This document shows, piece by piece, positions 1 to 11,584 of a DNA stretch of 56,342 nucleotides. The DNA lies in NCBI GenBank assembly GCA_963575745.1, contig CAUYUJ010000095.1:62001-118342 (forward strand), given 5' to 3'. The DNA comes from Prorocentrum cordatum. Its lineage: Eukaryota. Both the position numbers and the translations under genes were made by a program. Position 1 is the stretch's first letter. Each line of letters begins with the position of its first letter. The notes under the pieces are model-generated. The model worked only from the letters and a program-made list of their open reading frames with translations. It was not told the DNA's origin and made no database searches.

Positions 1-156
1 GACGCAACCAGACCGACCAACCCGTGAACAACCTTTGTGACCCCCCGGACGGGGGCGACCATGGCGTCGGCCCACGGTCGGCGCGGGCGCGCGCGCGGGC
101 GCGCGCGCGGGCGCCCCCCCCCTCGGGCAAGGGCGTGGAGCTCCCCCTCCGTCACA

Positions 157-510
157 GATCGTCGTCGAGATCGCCGTCGAGATCGTCATCGAGATCGTCG
201 TCGAGGCCGTCGTCGGAATCATCGTCGTCGTCATTTCCGCCGTCGTCGTCGTCATCGTCGTCGAGATCGTCGTCGTCGTCGAGATCGTCGCCGTCGTCGT
301 CGTCGTAGTCGTGGTCGTCGTCGTGTTCGTCGCCGTCGCCTCTGGATTCGCAATCGCCGTTGATCTCTTCGCCGTCGTCTTCGAACTCTTCGCCTCCGTC
401 GTTGGAGTTTCCATCGCAGTCAGAGCTCAAGCTGTCCTCGTCGTCGCCGAACGCCTCGTCGACGTGGCTGCCGTCGTCGTCGTCGTCGTCGTCGTCGACA
501 TTGTTCTCGA
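157..510. repeat. degenerate (GTC/GAC)n microsatellite
   Basis: Long in-phase runs of gtcgtcgtc with point variants. Confidence 0.9.
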
Positions 511-610
511 TCACGCTCTCGTCCTGCTCCTCCTCCGGATCCCCAGCCTGGCTCTCCTCCCGATCCTCCTGCTACGCCTCCTTCCCCGCTCCAACCCCCT
601 ACGTCCCGCG

Positions 611-681
611 CTCCTCCTCCTCCTCCTCCTCCTCCTCCTCCTCCTCCTCCTCCTCCTCCTCCTCCTCCTCCTCCTCCTCCT
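611..681. repeat. (CCT)n microsatellite
   Basis: Near-perfect ctcctc run. Confidence 0.95.
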
Positions 682-852
682 ACTCCTATCCTTATTCCTT
701 ATTAGAATATACTCCTACTCCCCCCTCAGGCCGGCATTAGGGGCCGCATCCGGGTGGTCCCATCCTAACCTGTAAAAAACAATACAAAATCAACATTTTT
801 CTTATTTTTTCCTCTCGACATGGACGTCCTGTCGTCCACGGCGATAATCCAT

Positions 853-1251
853 TGCAAAAAATACCACAAAGAGCACACGCGCGCGTTCATGTCAGAATCC
901 TACCGAACACCGTGTGTTTGCAAGCATTTCAACATAAACACATCAAAAACCCAATATTTTTTCACAAAAAAATGTACAAATTTCCCGCCCGGGCTCTCTT
1001 GCTGAAATCATAGGAAAACCATCGGCATCTTAAGAATTCGGTCAAATCCAGCGATTTCGCGTCATCGCGCGGTGCACTCGCGATGCTCTGTCATGCGCCC
1101 AGGCCGCGAATCCTGTGCAAAAAATACCACAAAGAGCACACTCGCGCGTTCATGTCATAATCCTACCGAACACGGTGTTTTTGCAAGCATTTCAACATAA
1201 AAACATTTTTTTTTTTTTAAAAAAAAAAAACAATGCTTTTTCACAAAAATG
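853..1251 (+). repeat. AT-rich ~120-135 bp direct repeat pair (853-~975, 1116-~1251)
   Basis: tgcaaaaaataccacaaagagcacac...ttcatgtca(g/t)aatcctaccgaacac...tttgcaagcatttcaacataaa occurs twice, 263 bp apart. Confidence 0.9.
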
Positions 1252-1529
1252 CTTTGGGGTGTCCTGTCAGACCGTCGGGCTTCCTCCGGCCACCTCTGGC
1301 TTCCTGCGGTGTACCGGGCCATTCTCGACTCGTCTGGCAATGCGTGCGCGGCATTCAACACGCGCTCGCCAGTTCCCGTCGGCAACCGCCATCGCGGCCG
1401 CATCAGCTGTACCAAACCGGCTGGCCGGTGTGACTTCGGCCCCCAGTTGTGCCAGCTTTGCTTCTTATGTTGTGGGAGGGCGGGTGGGACTGGGCATGCC
1501 ATGCTTGACTCGCTCGAGCTGGCTAGCTT

Positions 1530-2150
1530 GACTCCTACTCCTACTCCTCCTCCTGCTCCTCCTGGTTCTCCTCCTCCTCCTCTTCCCCATCCCTGCCTCC
1601 CTCCCTCCCTCCTCAGTCATTCCTCCCTCCTCCTCCTCCTCCTCCTTCTCCTCCCCTTCCTCCTCCTCCTCCTCCTCCTCCTCCTCCTCCTCCTCCTCCT
1701 GCTCCTCCTCCTCCTCCTGCTCCTCCTGGTCATAGTCCTCCTCATCCCCCCTTGGCAGCCAACCTCCCGCCTCTGCGCCCTCCTCTCCCGCGTCTGCGCA
1801 CTCGCATGCGCGTGCGCGCTCCCCGGGGAAGCCAGGGCCAAGGCGATCGGAATTGTCATTCTCGCAGTCGTCGACGTCGTCGTCGTCGTCGTCGTCGGCG
1901 TCGTCGTCGTCGTCGTGGGTCGTCGTCGTCGGCGGCGGCGGCGTCGTCGAGATCATCGTGGTCGTCGTCGTCGTCGTCGACATCGTCGTCGTCGTCGTGG
2001 TCGTCGTCGTCGTCGTAACCGTCGGGATCATCCTCGCCGTCGTCGCCGTCGTGGTCGTCGGTGTCGTCGTCGTAGTGGTCGTCGACGTCGTCGTCGGCGG
2101 CGGCGTCTTCGTCGAAGAGCTCGATCTCATCCTTGCCGTCGCCGTCGTCC
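1530..2150. repeat. compound (CCT)n (1530-1745) and (GTC)n (1866-2150) microsatellite
   Basis: Direct reading of the triplet runs. Confidence 0.9.
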
Positions 2151-3888
2151 TCCTGTTCCTGCTCCACCTCATGCTGCTTCTGGTACCCTCATCCTGGTCA
2201 GACTCATCCCTACCTGAGCGGACTTACGTAAGACACGAAGCTGTAGCGCTCGAGAGGCACAAAACATGTCATACCGAATTGGGCGATGCAAAGGACACCA
2301 CATTACCTAAGCGAGCGCAGGAAGATCACAGTGCGGCAAATGATAACAGTCAAAACAGAGTAGCCCACGAGGGCGTAGAGGATGTGCGCACAAGGTCTGA
2401 AAGAAGACTGGCGGTCGAGCGAATACGAAATTAAGCATGCCGAACATAGGAAAGGGAAGCCGAGGAACGAAGCGAGGAGACTAGCTACTGGTAGACATGT
2501 GCGGGCGGCAGCCGTTGGTGAACTAAGGCGGGGTGCTGTATAAGCGGGGCTCATTCCTACTCCCCTCCTCCTGGAATTTGGACGCTCGAAGTGGGCACGA
2601 AAAAAATGGGTACACTGCTCAGCAACAATTTTTCGTCCACAGCCAGCAGCGGTCGCTGATGGGCAGGCGGCCTTCTGTCTCAAGTGGACTATGTCCGCGT
2701 CGACGCCGACAGCGGACCCAATTCAGAATGAACAAGAACTGCTGTTGGACTTTGTAGTGCCCATGTTTTCCGTACGACTTCGATCGTCCCGGTGGAGAGA
2801 AGGAGCAGGGATGAGCGGAGAAAGTATACAACAACAAAGGAGACCGCACAAGGAACAGACTGGGTGGCGCTGCCAGAAGCGCTGCCACGGACCACGGACT
2901 CTGGTACACAAGGTGGGCACGGTAACCCCGAAGGGTCTGCAGAACCCCCACAGGAAGGAGCAACCAACTCTTTCTTCGGCGGCCTTCCTGACGGGCTGGG
3001 GCCCCACTACTAGCGGGTAACGTAACCCATCATTCTTTTTCCGCAGCACCCGCCGCAGCGACAACGACGACGACGACGGCTGCGACCACGATTGCGATTG
3101 CGACTGCGACCGCGACTGCGACGGGGCTTCAGGACCGGCCCTGCCCACCGCCGAGGCGGAAAGGGGTGGGGATCAAAACCAAGGACCCTTCGAGGTCAGC
3201 GTTCGAGCCGTGGCCACGCCCTCCGGTGGCGTCACGCGCGTAAAAGGCGTGCGGCAGGGCCCCGCCCCGCCCGCGGGGCCCTCGCCGAGGCGGCGACCTC
3301 CTCCCTCGTGGGCCGCGCCGACATGCGGTGCGCCCCGCCTCCCTTCCCTCCTGCGACGCCCTCCGGCACCTCGCGGGGCTAGCCCGCCCCTCTCCACTGC
3401 CGACGTGCGGGGGGCTGACTGAGAACCCCCCCCTGGCGGCGCGCACAGAGGGGGCAGGGGGAAGGGGGGAGGGCTTCCCCAGAAGGAGGGGGCTCCTCGG
3501 AGGGCGCCAGCCCCACATCTATCAAGGAGGCCCGCGCCTGCACTGAGAAGCAGGGGTGCTTCCGAGGGGCCTGCCCCTCCCCCCCCTTGCGCCCCCTCCC
3601 GCGCGCCGCCACCCCCTTCACGGAAAGAACACCTTCCACGGGAGGGGCCCCAGGAGCAGACCCCGGCGGGCGCAGGCCCGCCTCGCAAGCGGTGCGGTCG
3701 CAGCACGCGCGCTCCTCCGCCGATCGGCTCGGCAGGGGAAGGGGGGGGGCTTTGAAGACATGTTGGTCTCCGCGCCGGCGGCCCCTCGGGGCCCCCGGGC
3801 CGTCCCTGCAGCCCTCGGCTGCCGGACAGCGGGGGCCTGGAGGGAAACATGCACACACGGCTGGCTCAAAAAGCCCAAGCACGAACGG

Positions 3889-6720
3889 ATCGCTCTCTCG
3901 GCGCTTTGGGAGCGCGCTCTCGCTCGGGAGCTCCTCACACCTCACTCGGGAACCGCGCGCTCTCCTAAGACTTCCTTGCCAACCCCTCTTGCTCATCCCT
4001 CTTGCTAATCTCTCTATTCCTCCATCATCTCACTCCCTCCCTCTTGCCCCCTTCCCTCCCCCTCCCTTCCTCAAAATCCTTCCTCATCGCTCTCTCCCTT
4101 TTCCATTATGATGTGATTCCTGTCGCAAGGGCTGCGCGAAGTACACGTGGCAGAGAAGGAAGATATAACCCTCCAGTGGGGGGCATGATCGAGAACGAAG
4201 AAGATAGGTATCAAGGTCTCGGGAGATACATGTTGAATGATACACGGGCATACGACAACGAACAATATAAACAGTACTGTTGTTGTTGTTGATGATGCTG
4301 TACCCCATTGCCAAACACTGATTTTTGTGGATGCACGCCCGTCCGGTGCATGTTCTGTTCTCTACAAAGGGAAGTCTTGAGGCTCGGACTATGTCGTGGG
4401 CGCTTGGTTTACAACAACAACGGCTCCCGCCTGATGCCTCCTCACAGTGTAATGAAGAAACTGTCTTTCGCCGAAGACTGCGTTGAAATTTATCCAGCAA
4501 TGGCTCTCTCGCCTGAGACTTCCATACAATGTGTTTGCGAATCGCTCTCTCGCCGCTCTGGAAGCGCGCTCTCGCGCTGGAGTTCCCTGTAAATCGCTCA
4601 GGAATCGCGCTCTCGCTTGAGACTTCCTTGCCATCCCCTTCTTGCTTAACCCGTATTGCAAATATCTCTCGCCCTCCATCATCTCATCTACTGCCTCCCT
4701 CCTGCGCCGTCCCCAAAACTCTCCCTTCCTCCACTCCCTTCCTCCTCGCTCTCTCTCTCTCTCTGCCGTTTCATTACATTATTTCTGTTCTGTCTGGTTT
4801 CAAGGCTGTGCAGAGTACGCGTGGCAAGGAAGGAAGACTTTCTTCCAAAGGGGGCACGGACACAGGCGAAGAGGGCGGGTATCGAGGGCTTGGAGGCACA
4901 TGGAGTAAGACATTTGTACGTCGCAGCGCGGCAGAATCATTCTGCACGCTCGCTCGGCAAGCCGGGCAACAGCGTTGTGCATGGAAAAGCACACGCGAAC
5001 ATATGGAAACGATGTCTTTTTGAAATATTCGGCTATCTAATTTTCAGAAAATATTGATGTGGAAGCCCCCTCTCTGGTGCCCATTGTTTCCCCAATGAAA
5101 CGCACCTCGCGGAGCTCGCACCCGGTTTGTTACAAGGGAGACTACTGGGTCTCAAGAGCTGCGCTGCCCGCCTCCGGGCTACTGCAACAACGGCTCCCGC
5201 CGGATGCTGCCTCACGACCAGCAGTCTGGGCCCGCCCGCCCGACCCGCCCGTCTGGTTCTGCCACTCGCAATCCTGCTCCTAACCTTCCTTGAGATCCTG
5301 GCGACTCAATTTTTCGAGCCTGGCGTTTTCGCTCAATCTCGGGCCCTGTGGCCCTCACAGATCGATCCCGCTCGGAAATTGACGCCGAAAGATGGGGTCT
5401 GGGGGTCGTGCCGTGATTTTGAGCGGTGATTTTTTTTGCAACGTCGGATCTCAAGGTTACTCCTGCAAAGCTCCCTCGTGATCTATCCATTATCTTTCCT
5501 CTTGTCTCCTCCCTCCTCCGTCCCTTATCCCGTTTTAGATGCTGCGCCAAGTACACGTAAGAAGAGAAGTATACACCACAGGGGGGTACAATCTAATACG
5601 TCTAGGGCGGGTATCGAGGGCTTGGGGGTATACATCTTCAGTAGCACGCGAGCGTCTAAGAGAGACAGGTATCAAATTGAGTGTTGAGTTCTGAATTCTA
5701 AAGGACAGGTGTTTCTGGCCCCCTCCCTCTAATGCACCTTGTATTTGTCAAATAGAATGCCCCCCCCTGGGCTCGCACCTGCTCTACAGTTCCTCACAAT
5801 GTAATCAAAATCGCGATCTCGCGCTCCCGCGTGGCACTTCGCAATTTGTTCATACGCCGCGCCCGCGAGACTCCAGAACCTCGCTCGCTCTGGACTTCCA
5901 CGCGGTTTGCTTGGGAATCGCGCTATTGCTCAGGATTCATGCAAGACTTACACTTCAACGACCCGCCCAATCGACCTGGTCACCTTGGCCCGCCAACCTG
6001 GCTCAAACGTCTGCCCATCCGACCTGGCCGTTTGATTCGTCCACTTGCACTCCTACTCTTAACCCCATCTCCTGCTAATCCCTCTCGTGGTCCATCCTTC
6101 GCACTCCCCCTTGTCTCTTGCTTACATTCTCCGTCCCTTCCTTTGTTTCAGAGGCTGCGCCAACTACACCACGTGCAAGGTAAGAACGATAGACCCTCAA
6201 TGACTACAATCGAAAACGAAGAAGGCGGGTATCGAGGGTTTGGGATATACGTGTTGACTGGCACGCGGGCAGGAAAGAGCGAACAGCCTTAAAACGATAG
6301 GGTTCTGAGGTCTAAAGAACACAGGGTTGATCCCCCCCTCAGGGGCACCGTTGTTTGTTCAATTAACGTGCTCCTCCCCGGGATCACACTCCATTTGTTA
6401 CAAGAGAAGCTCTTGAGCCTCAAATTGTGTCGTTGGCCCCCGGTCTGCAAGCCGCACGCTACGTCCTCACAGTTCATTTTAAGTGGTGCCCTCGCACGGG
6501 AATGCCCCCCACACTTCATCCAGGCGCACGGTATATCCATGCACTATATTGAAACGCTGCGCCCACAGCACTCAAGGATCGCGGCTTTCGCTCTGGAAAT
6601 ACACAAGGTTGACTTACGAACCGCGGTATCGCTGGAAGACTTCCTCGCGACCCATGCAGGATTGATGCTGCAGCGACCCGCCCGCTCGACCTGGCCGTCG
6701 GGGTCCGACGCCGCCTGAGG
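3889..6720 (+). repeat. diverged tandem array, ~4 units of ~0.6-0.7 kb
   Basis: Landmark gtatc(a/g)agg recurs at 4208, 4879, 5611 and 6229. atcgctctctcg occurs at 3889 and 4541. A ggctgcgc..a.tacac-like motif and a pyrimidine tract precede each landmark. Confidence 0.8.
5288..5456 (+). mobile_element. MITE family B copy 1 (CC...GG termini, 2-bp TSD TT)
   Basis: Perfect 11-bp TIR ccttgagatcc/ggatctcaagg flanked by tt/tt. It interrupts the tandem array, whose homologous unit at ~6060 lacks it. Confidence 0.85.
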
Positions 6721-6967
6721 AGGGAGAGGTTGATCTGGACCTTTTGGAACCTCGGAGGGCGACGACGACTCTCCAGCGACTCGCGCGGCCCCCCCCCCGC
6801 TGGCCCCACCCCACTTTGCCGCATAGGGGGCGCGCAGAAATTCGCGCGTGTCTGTGTCGCGCGTGTCTGTGCCCTGCGCAAGAACTGCTGTAACCTGCCC
6901 AGCCGCGCGGCGGACAGTGAGAGCGAGTTGCTGTATCAACAGGCGGCGAGTCTCGTACCCGAGAAGA

Positions 6968-7198
6968 ATGAGGAGGCGGAGGAGGGGGAGCAGGAGGAGG
7001 AGGAGGAGGAGGAGGAGGAGGAGGAGGAGATGGAGGAATAGGAGGAGGATAGGAGGAGAGGGAGGAGGAGGGAGGGAGAGGAGGAGAGGAGGAGGAGGAT
7101 AGAGGAGGAGGAGAGAGGAGGAGGAGAGGGAGGAGGGAGGAGGAGGGGGGGGGGGGGGGGGGGGGGGAGGAGGCGGAGGGGGGGGAAGAAATGAGGAG

Positions 7199-7233
<35 letters not shown>

Positions 7234-7240
7234 GGAGGCG
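6968..7240. repeat. (GAG)n microsatellite with embedded poly-G
   Basis: gaggag runs, with a long G run at ~7145-7167. Confidence 0.95.
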
Positions 7241-7552
7241 GCGGCGGAAGGACGCGTCCTCCTCCGACGCCGCCCTTCTGAGGGTGCGTCGACGGGCACG
7301 GCCGGGCCCGGGGCACGGGGAGGCGAGCACGCCTGGCCTGGGCCCCAGGGTCGGTTAAGTGGCCAGCTCGGAAGATGAGAGCATGTCAGCCGGCGTTGGC
7401 CCCACACAGTGCGTTATTGAGCTGTTGAGATGGACGCTGTGTGATGCAAGCCGTTTGGTGTAAGGTGCAAGCCGTGTCATTGGAGCTGGGTGGTGCGAAG
7501 CAAGGATGTTGTGTTCTGTGTTGCGTCATCCGTGCGGTGCGGGCTAGATGGT

Positions 7553-7848
7553 GCAAGCGACAACGTGGCGGCGACGGGCGGGAACGGGGCCAATCCTCTG
7601 GACACCTACCAAGCGCACGAGGTGGCAACGAGGCGGCAACGGGCGGCGGACCCCCCAAGCGCGGTGAGCGGCAACGGGCGGCAACGTGGCAAAACCTCAG
7701 CGGATCCCCCCAAAGCGAGGCGGGCGGCAACGAGGCGGCAACGGGCGGCAACGTGGTGAAACCTCGGCGGTTCGGCTGGCCCCCTGATCGCGGTGGGCGG
7801 CAACCAGGCAGCAACGGTTGGGAACGCGGCGAAACCTCGGCGGATCCA
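7553..7848 (+). repeat. degenerate ~10-11 bp minisatellite (ggcaacg-core)
   Basis: Repeated ggcaacgggc/ggcaacgtgg/ggcaacgagg units. Confidence 0.75.
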
Positions 7849-8444
7849 TCCAATTCCTTGGTGATCCAAGTAAGAACTTCTGAATGCAGGCAGTGCTCAA
7901 AGGATCATCATGACAATGCACTTTCGGAGATTGGCGGGCATTTCTTGGGTCGGCGCTGGACCCCCTCCCTGGCGCGCGCGGCGCGCCACGGCTGGCGCCG
8001 GAGGCGCCGCCGGGGGTTCCAGAGCCGACCCGACAATTCCCTGCGCAGCTCCGCAGCTGTATGTTCGCGTTGGACAGTTGACTCCACCCCTAGAGAGGAA
8101 GAATAATAATAATAAGAAGAAGAAGAAGACGACTGATAATAACACGATTAATAAGACGGAAAACAATAATAATGATAAAAACAAGGGGTAATAATACAAA
8201 CCATCACAAGACAGCTCGCCGCTTGGGCCCCACCGCCAGCCCGAACGGCGAGCATAAATCGGGCGTAGCACCGCACGCATTCGAATGCCCGCACTTCGTC
8301 CTCGTACTACTCGTACTCCCCCCCGTGCACATGTTGATGGAATATACAACATATGTCGTGGATGCTTTGCCTGCGCGGCGCGTCGCATTACCCCCATAGT
8401 TTTTCTTTGGGGTCGGCGGCAGAGGCGACAGCCTTTCATTAAAA

Positions 8445-8655
8445 CGGTCTCCAATTGTTTGCGCCTGGGTAGCCCTCGGCGGCCGAGAATAACAAATAAG
8501 ACCGTCTCCTATCGGTTGCGCCACAGGTTGCGCCCTCGGCGGCCGAGAATGCAACCGTCTCCTGTCGGTTGTGCCATAGGTTGCGCCCTCGGCGGCCGAG
8601 AGTGCAACCGTCTCCTGACGGTTGTGCCATAGGTTGTGCCCTCGGCGGCCGAGAT
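8445..8655 (+). repeat. 53-60 bp tandem repeat, ~4 copies
   Basis: ccctcggcggccgaga at 8473, 8533, 8586 and 8639. Each unit carries the inverted repeat ctcggc-g-gccgag. Confidence 0.9.
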
Positions 8656-8726
8656 CAGAACCGCCGCGCAACGGGTGCGACCAGTCTGCTCAGTTCGGCT
8701 CAGCTCAGTTAAGTTCTATCAGTTTG

Positions 8727-8888
8727 TAAAGGGGCCCTGGGACACACAAATAAATACACACAAATGAAAATATTCCCCATAGTTTCCCATATTTTCTGGG
8801 TTTTTGTCCTCCCCACCACTTCCCATATTTTCGCATATTTTCCTGGGAATCGACGATTAATTGTGTCTGTGTGTTTCTTCCCTCCTGA
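8727..8888 (+). mobile_element. family S copy 1 (~162 bp, 5-bp TSD GTTTG/GTTTG)
   Basis: aaggggccctgggacacacaaat...tcccatattt repeats...ttccctcctga. Five other copies occur in the window, and the TSD is perfect. Confidence 0.85.
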
Positions 8889-9071
8889 GTTTGCCTCGCG
8901 AGAAGCAAGTGCGGGCTACGCCCGACACGAAGCATTCTGCCTGCGAGCCGCGTGCAAATTCCAGCGGTTGGCAACGGGAGGCGTGCACGCCGGACACTGG
9001 GCCCGCGATCGCCCCCTGCCGGATGCTCGGCGGCGAGGCGGTCCGCCGGCGCCCCGCGGGACTCTTGGCTC

Positions 9072-9202
9072 CCACATGCGGATTTTGGATGGAAGCCCAA
9101 ACATACCACCAAAAATGCCCCCGAATGGCCCAGAAGTGATTGAAAAATCGCCCCAGTACTATTTCTTGACATTTGTCGAATACTCCTCATGTAGAGAGAC
9201 TC
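9072..9202 (+). mobile_element. MITE family A, degenerate partial copy
   Basis: gcggattttggat...cccaaacat...atactcctcatgtagag aligns with the interior of the copies at 33098 and 29420. Confidence 0.55.
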
Positions 9203-9404
9203 TTTTTCGTATGTTCTGGGTAACGGCTGTTCGGGGGGGGGGGGGAGGGCTTGGGCCGGCGGGTAGGCGGTAACGGCGGCCGCGGCGTGCGCCCGCCAGG
9301 ACGCGCTGCAATCCCTGCGCCCGCCAGGACGCGCCCGCTAGGACGCGCCCGCCAGGCCGCGGCGTGCGCGCTGCAATCCCTGCGCACGCGACAATGCCAA
9401 ACGC

Positions 9405-9832
9405 ACTCGTGCAAGACAACGCCACCCGATTGCGTCACAGTGCTTCGGTACACCACAACAACTGCGTGTACAACGCCACCGCGTCGCCCATGTGCGCCGC
9501 AATATCCGTGCATACTGCAGCAACCGTGTGCGCAACAGCGCTTGTGTACACCTCATTGCCTGCGTGCGCCACAGCGCTTGTGTACACCGCAGCGCCTGCG
9601 TGCACCACAGCAACCATGTGCACCACAACGCCTGCGCACGCCACACTGCTTCCGTGCACCACAATGCCTGCCTACAACAAAACGTGCCAACGTGCACATC
9701 AGTAGCTTGCGAAGCCTTTTCTTCTGGGCCCGCCACAAAGACCGCGGAAACCCTCACCACGTCGCCCGTGTACACCGCCGTATTTGTGTATAGTGCAACA
9801 GCCGTGTGCGCCATAACGCCTCTGTGCACCAC
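9405..9832 (+). repeat. degenerate ~18-bp minisatellite (gtgcaccacaacgcct-like)
   Basis: Periodic gtgtacacc/gtgcaccac/gtgcgccac units. Confidence 0.8.
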
Positions 9833-10385
9833 ATCTTCTCCGCTTCTTCCTCCTCCTGCGTCTGGTCCTCCTCCCCCTCCCCCTCCTGCTGCTGTTGAGG
9901 ACTCCACTACATCTGGACGTCGCAGCGGAGAGTATTACAGTATCGATGGCACACAGGCTGCTGGGCTGTCACTCTGAAGTTTTGGCAAGACCATCCGTAG
10001 CTTGCTTCGAACGAGACGGCCAAGGGGATACGAAAAGATATGCGAGGAGGGGGGAAACTCGGGAGCGAGGTGAAGGAGGCGGGAGGCGGGAGAGAGTGGG
10101 GGAGGTTGGAAGGAGGTGAGAGTTTTTTTTTGTCGAATGGCGCATGAAAGGATAAGAGCAAACAACCACATGGCTCCTGGTGAGAGGAGGGGGGTCCGCC
10201 CTCCACCCCCAAAAAACCTACGATCGTTGGCGTTACCTGGGGGGGAGGGGGGCGGCAAACAAGCGTTACCCGCCAGAGGAACAAAAAAAACGCTCACCAT
10301 GCCCGACTTCACCTTTCGCCGCACCCTCGGGAGCGCGGGCCGTCTCGAGCACAACACGGGCCTGGGGGGAGCAAGCAGGCACCGA

Positions 10386-10552
10386 CCCTGAGATCCTGGT
10401 GTTGCCACTCTTTCACAACGGGGGCTTCCGCTCACCGTCGGACCCCGGGACCTTCACAAACCGATGCGGCTCGAAGAGTGGCGCAGACGGAAGCCCAGGC
10501 GTGATGTTTTGCGATGTTTTGTTTTTTTTGGGTGCCACGTCGGACCTCAGGG
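10386..10552 (+). mobile_element. MITE family B copy 2 (2-bp TSD GA)
   Basis: TIR ccctgagatcc/ggacctcaggg flanked by ga/ga. Size and interior are similar to 5288-5456. Confidence 0.8.
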
Positions 10553-10812
10553 GAAAGCCGCTGCTCCTCGGGCCTCTCCCGGGGAGCGTTCGGACCAGAG
10601 CTTCGAAAAGCGACTTCGGCCGTGGCGACGTGGGTGTCCCAGAAGGCTCCATGGAGGCCGAACACGAGGCAAGGGTGGAGCGGTATCGCTACGCGTTCCT
10701 CCTCGGAGAGCCTTCGAGCGCTGCACTGCGGCACCGCCTTGCAGCCCGGCCCACCGACTCCAGATCCGCCGTACATTGGTTGCTTTTTTCCCGGCTTCGG
10801 ACATGTGGGAAA

Positions 10813-10942
10813 CTCGCCATCGCTCGGACGTCCGTTCCCTGTGTTTTTTTTCGGTTTCGTGCGTGGATTTTTCGAAATGATCAAGGATGCTCCTCGATTG
10901 TCCTCGCCGAAGGAAAAATACACACGTCCGAGCGATGCCAAG
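10813..10942. mobile_element. 130-bp MITE with 19-bp TIR and 4-bp TSD GAAA
   Basis: ctcgccatcgctcggacgt / acgtccgagcgatgccaag flanked by gaaa on both sides. A lone copy of the same end lies at ~45177-45196. Confidence 0.75.
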
Positions 10943-11280
10943 GAAATGCACCCCGCACGATGTGACAACGCAAGGCACGAAAATACGCCCCGGCCACGTC
11001 AGGGCGGACACTTCCGCAGGGCTGTGGCGGAAACAGCGACGGCAAAGTAGGGCGGACAGCGACACCAAAGGAGACTGCGAAGCAGGGCGGGGATGCCCGC
11101 CCGACGTGCGAGACATCGCCCAGGAAGCACGGCGGTTCCGGAGCTGGGGCCGGCCCAGCAGGTGGCTGGGCGCAGCTCCGTGCCAGACCTGCACTCCCCG
11201 AACACCGAGGAAGGAAGGACGCACGGGTGAAACGATACCGGGAAAACCAGAAGGATACAGTCAACCCGTCTACTAGACGC

Positions 11281-11364
11281 CCGTCTCGAAGCTTCTCGCG
11301 CTGGGCGCGGCCAACGACCGTCTCGAAGTTTCTCGAGCTGGGCGCGGCCAACGACAGTTGCGAA
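11281..11364 (+). repeat. 37-bp tandem duplication
   Basis: ccgtctcgaag..tctcg.gctgggcgcggccaacga at 11281 and 11318. Confidence 0.9.
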
Positions 11365-11584
11365 GACTGGAACGAGGAGGCGAGGATGCAAGGGCACCCT
11401 TGGGAAGGTTGCCAATGCTTACTATGCGGGTTGACCGTACCGATTCCGCTGCTCCCGGACCTCTCCCAAAGTGCGTTCTGACAACAATTCTTGGGCGAGT
11501 CCGGCGGCGGCGACGCGGGCGTCCCAGGAGGCCTGAAAACGGGAGAACGAGGGAAGGATAGTATCGTCGATGCTCGAGCCCCGA

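Noticed and set aside
9895..10119. TPLHL ankyrin-like motif
   Set aside because: The rest of the ankyrin consensus and any adjacent repeats are missing.
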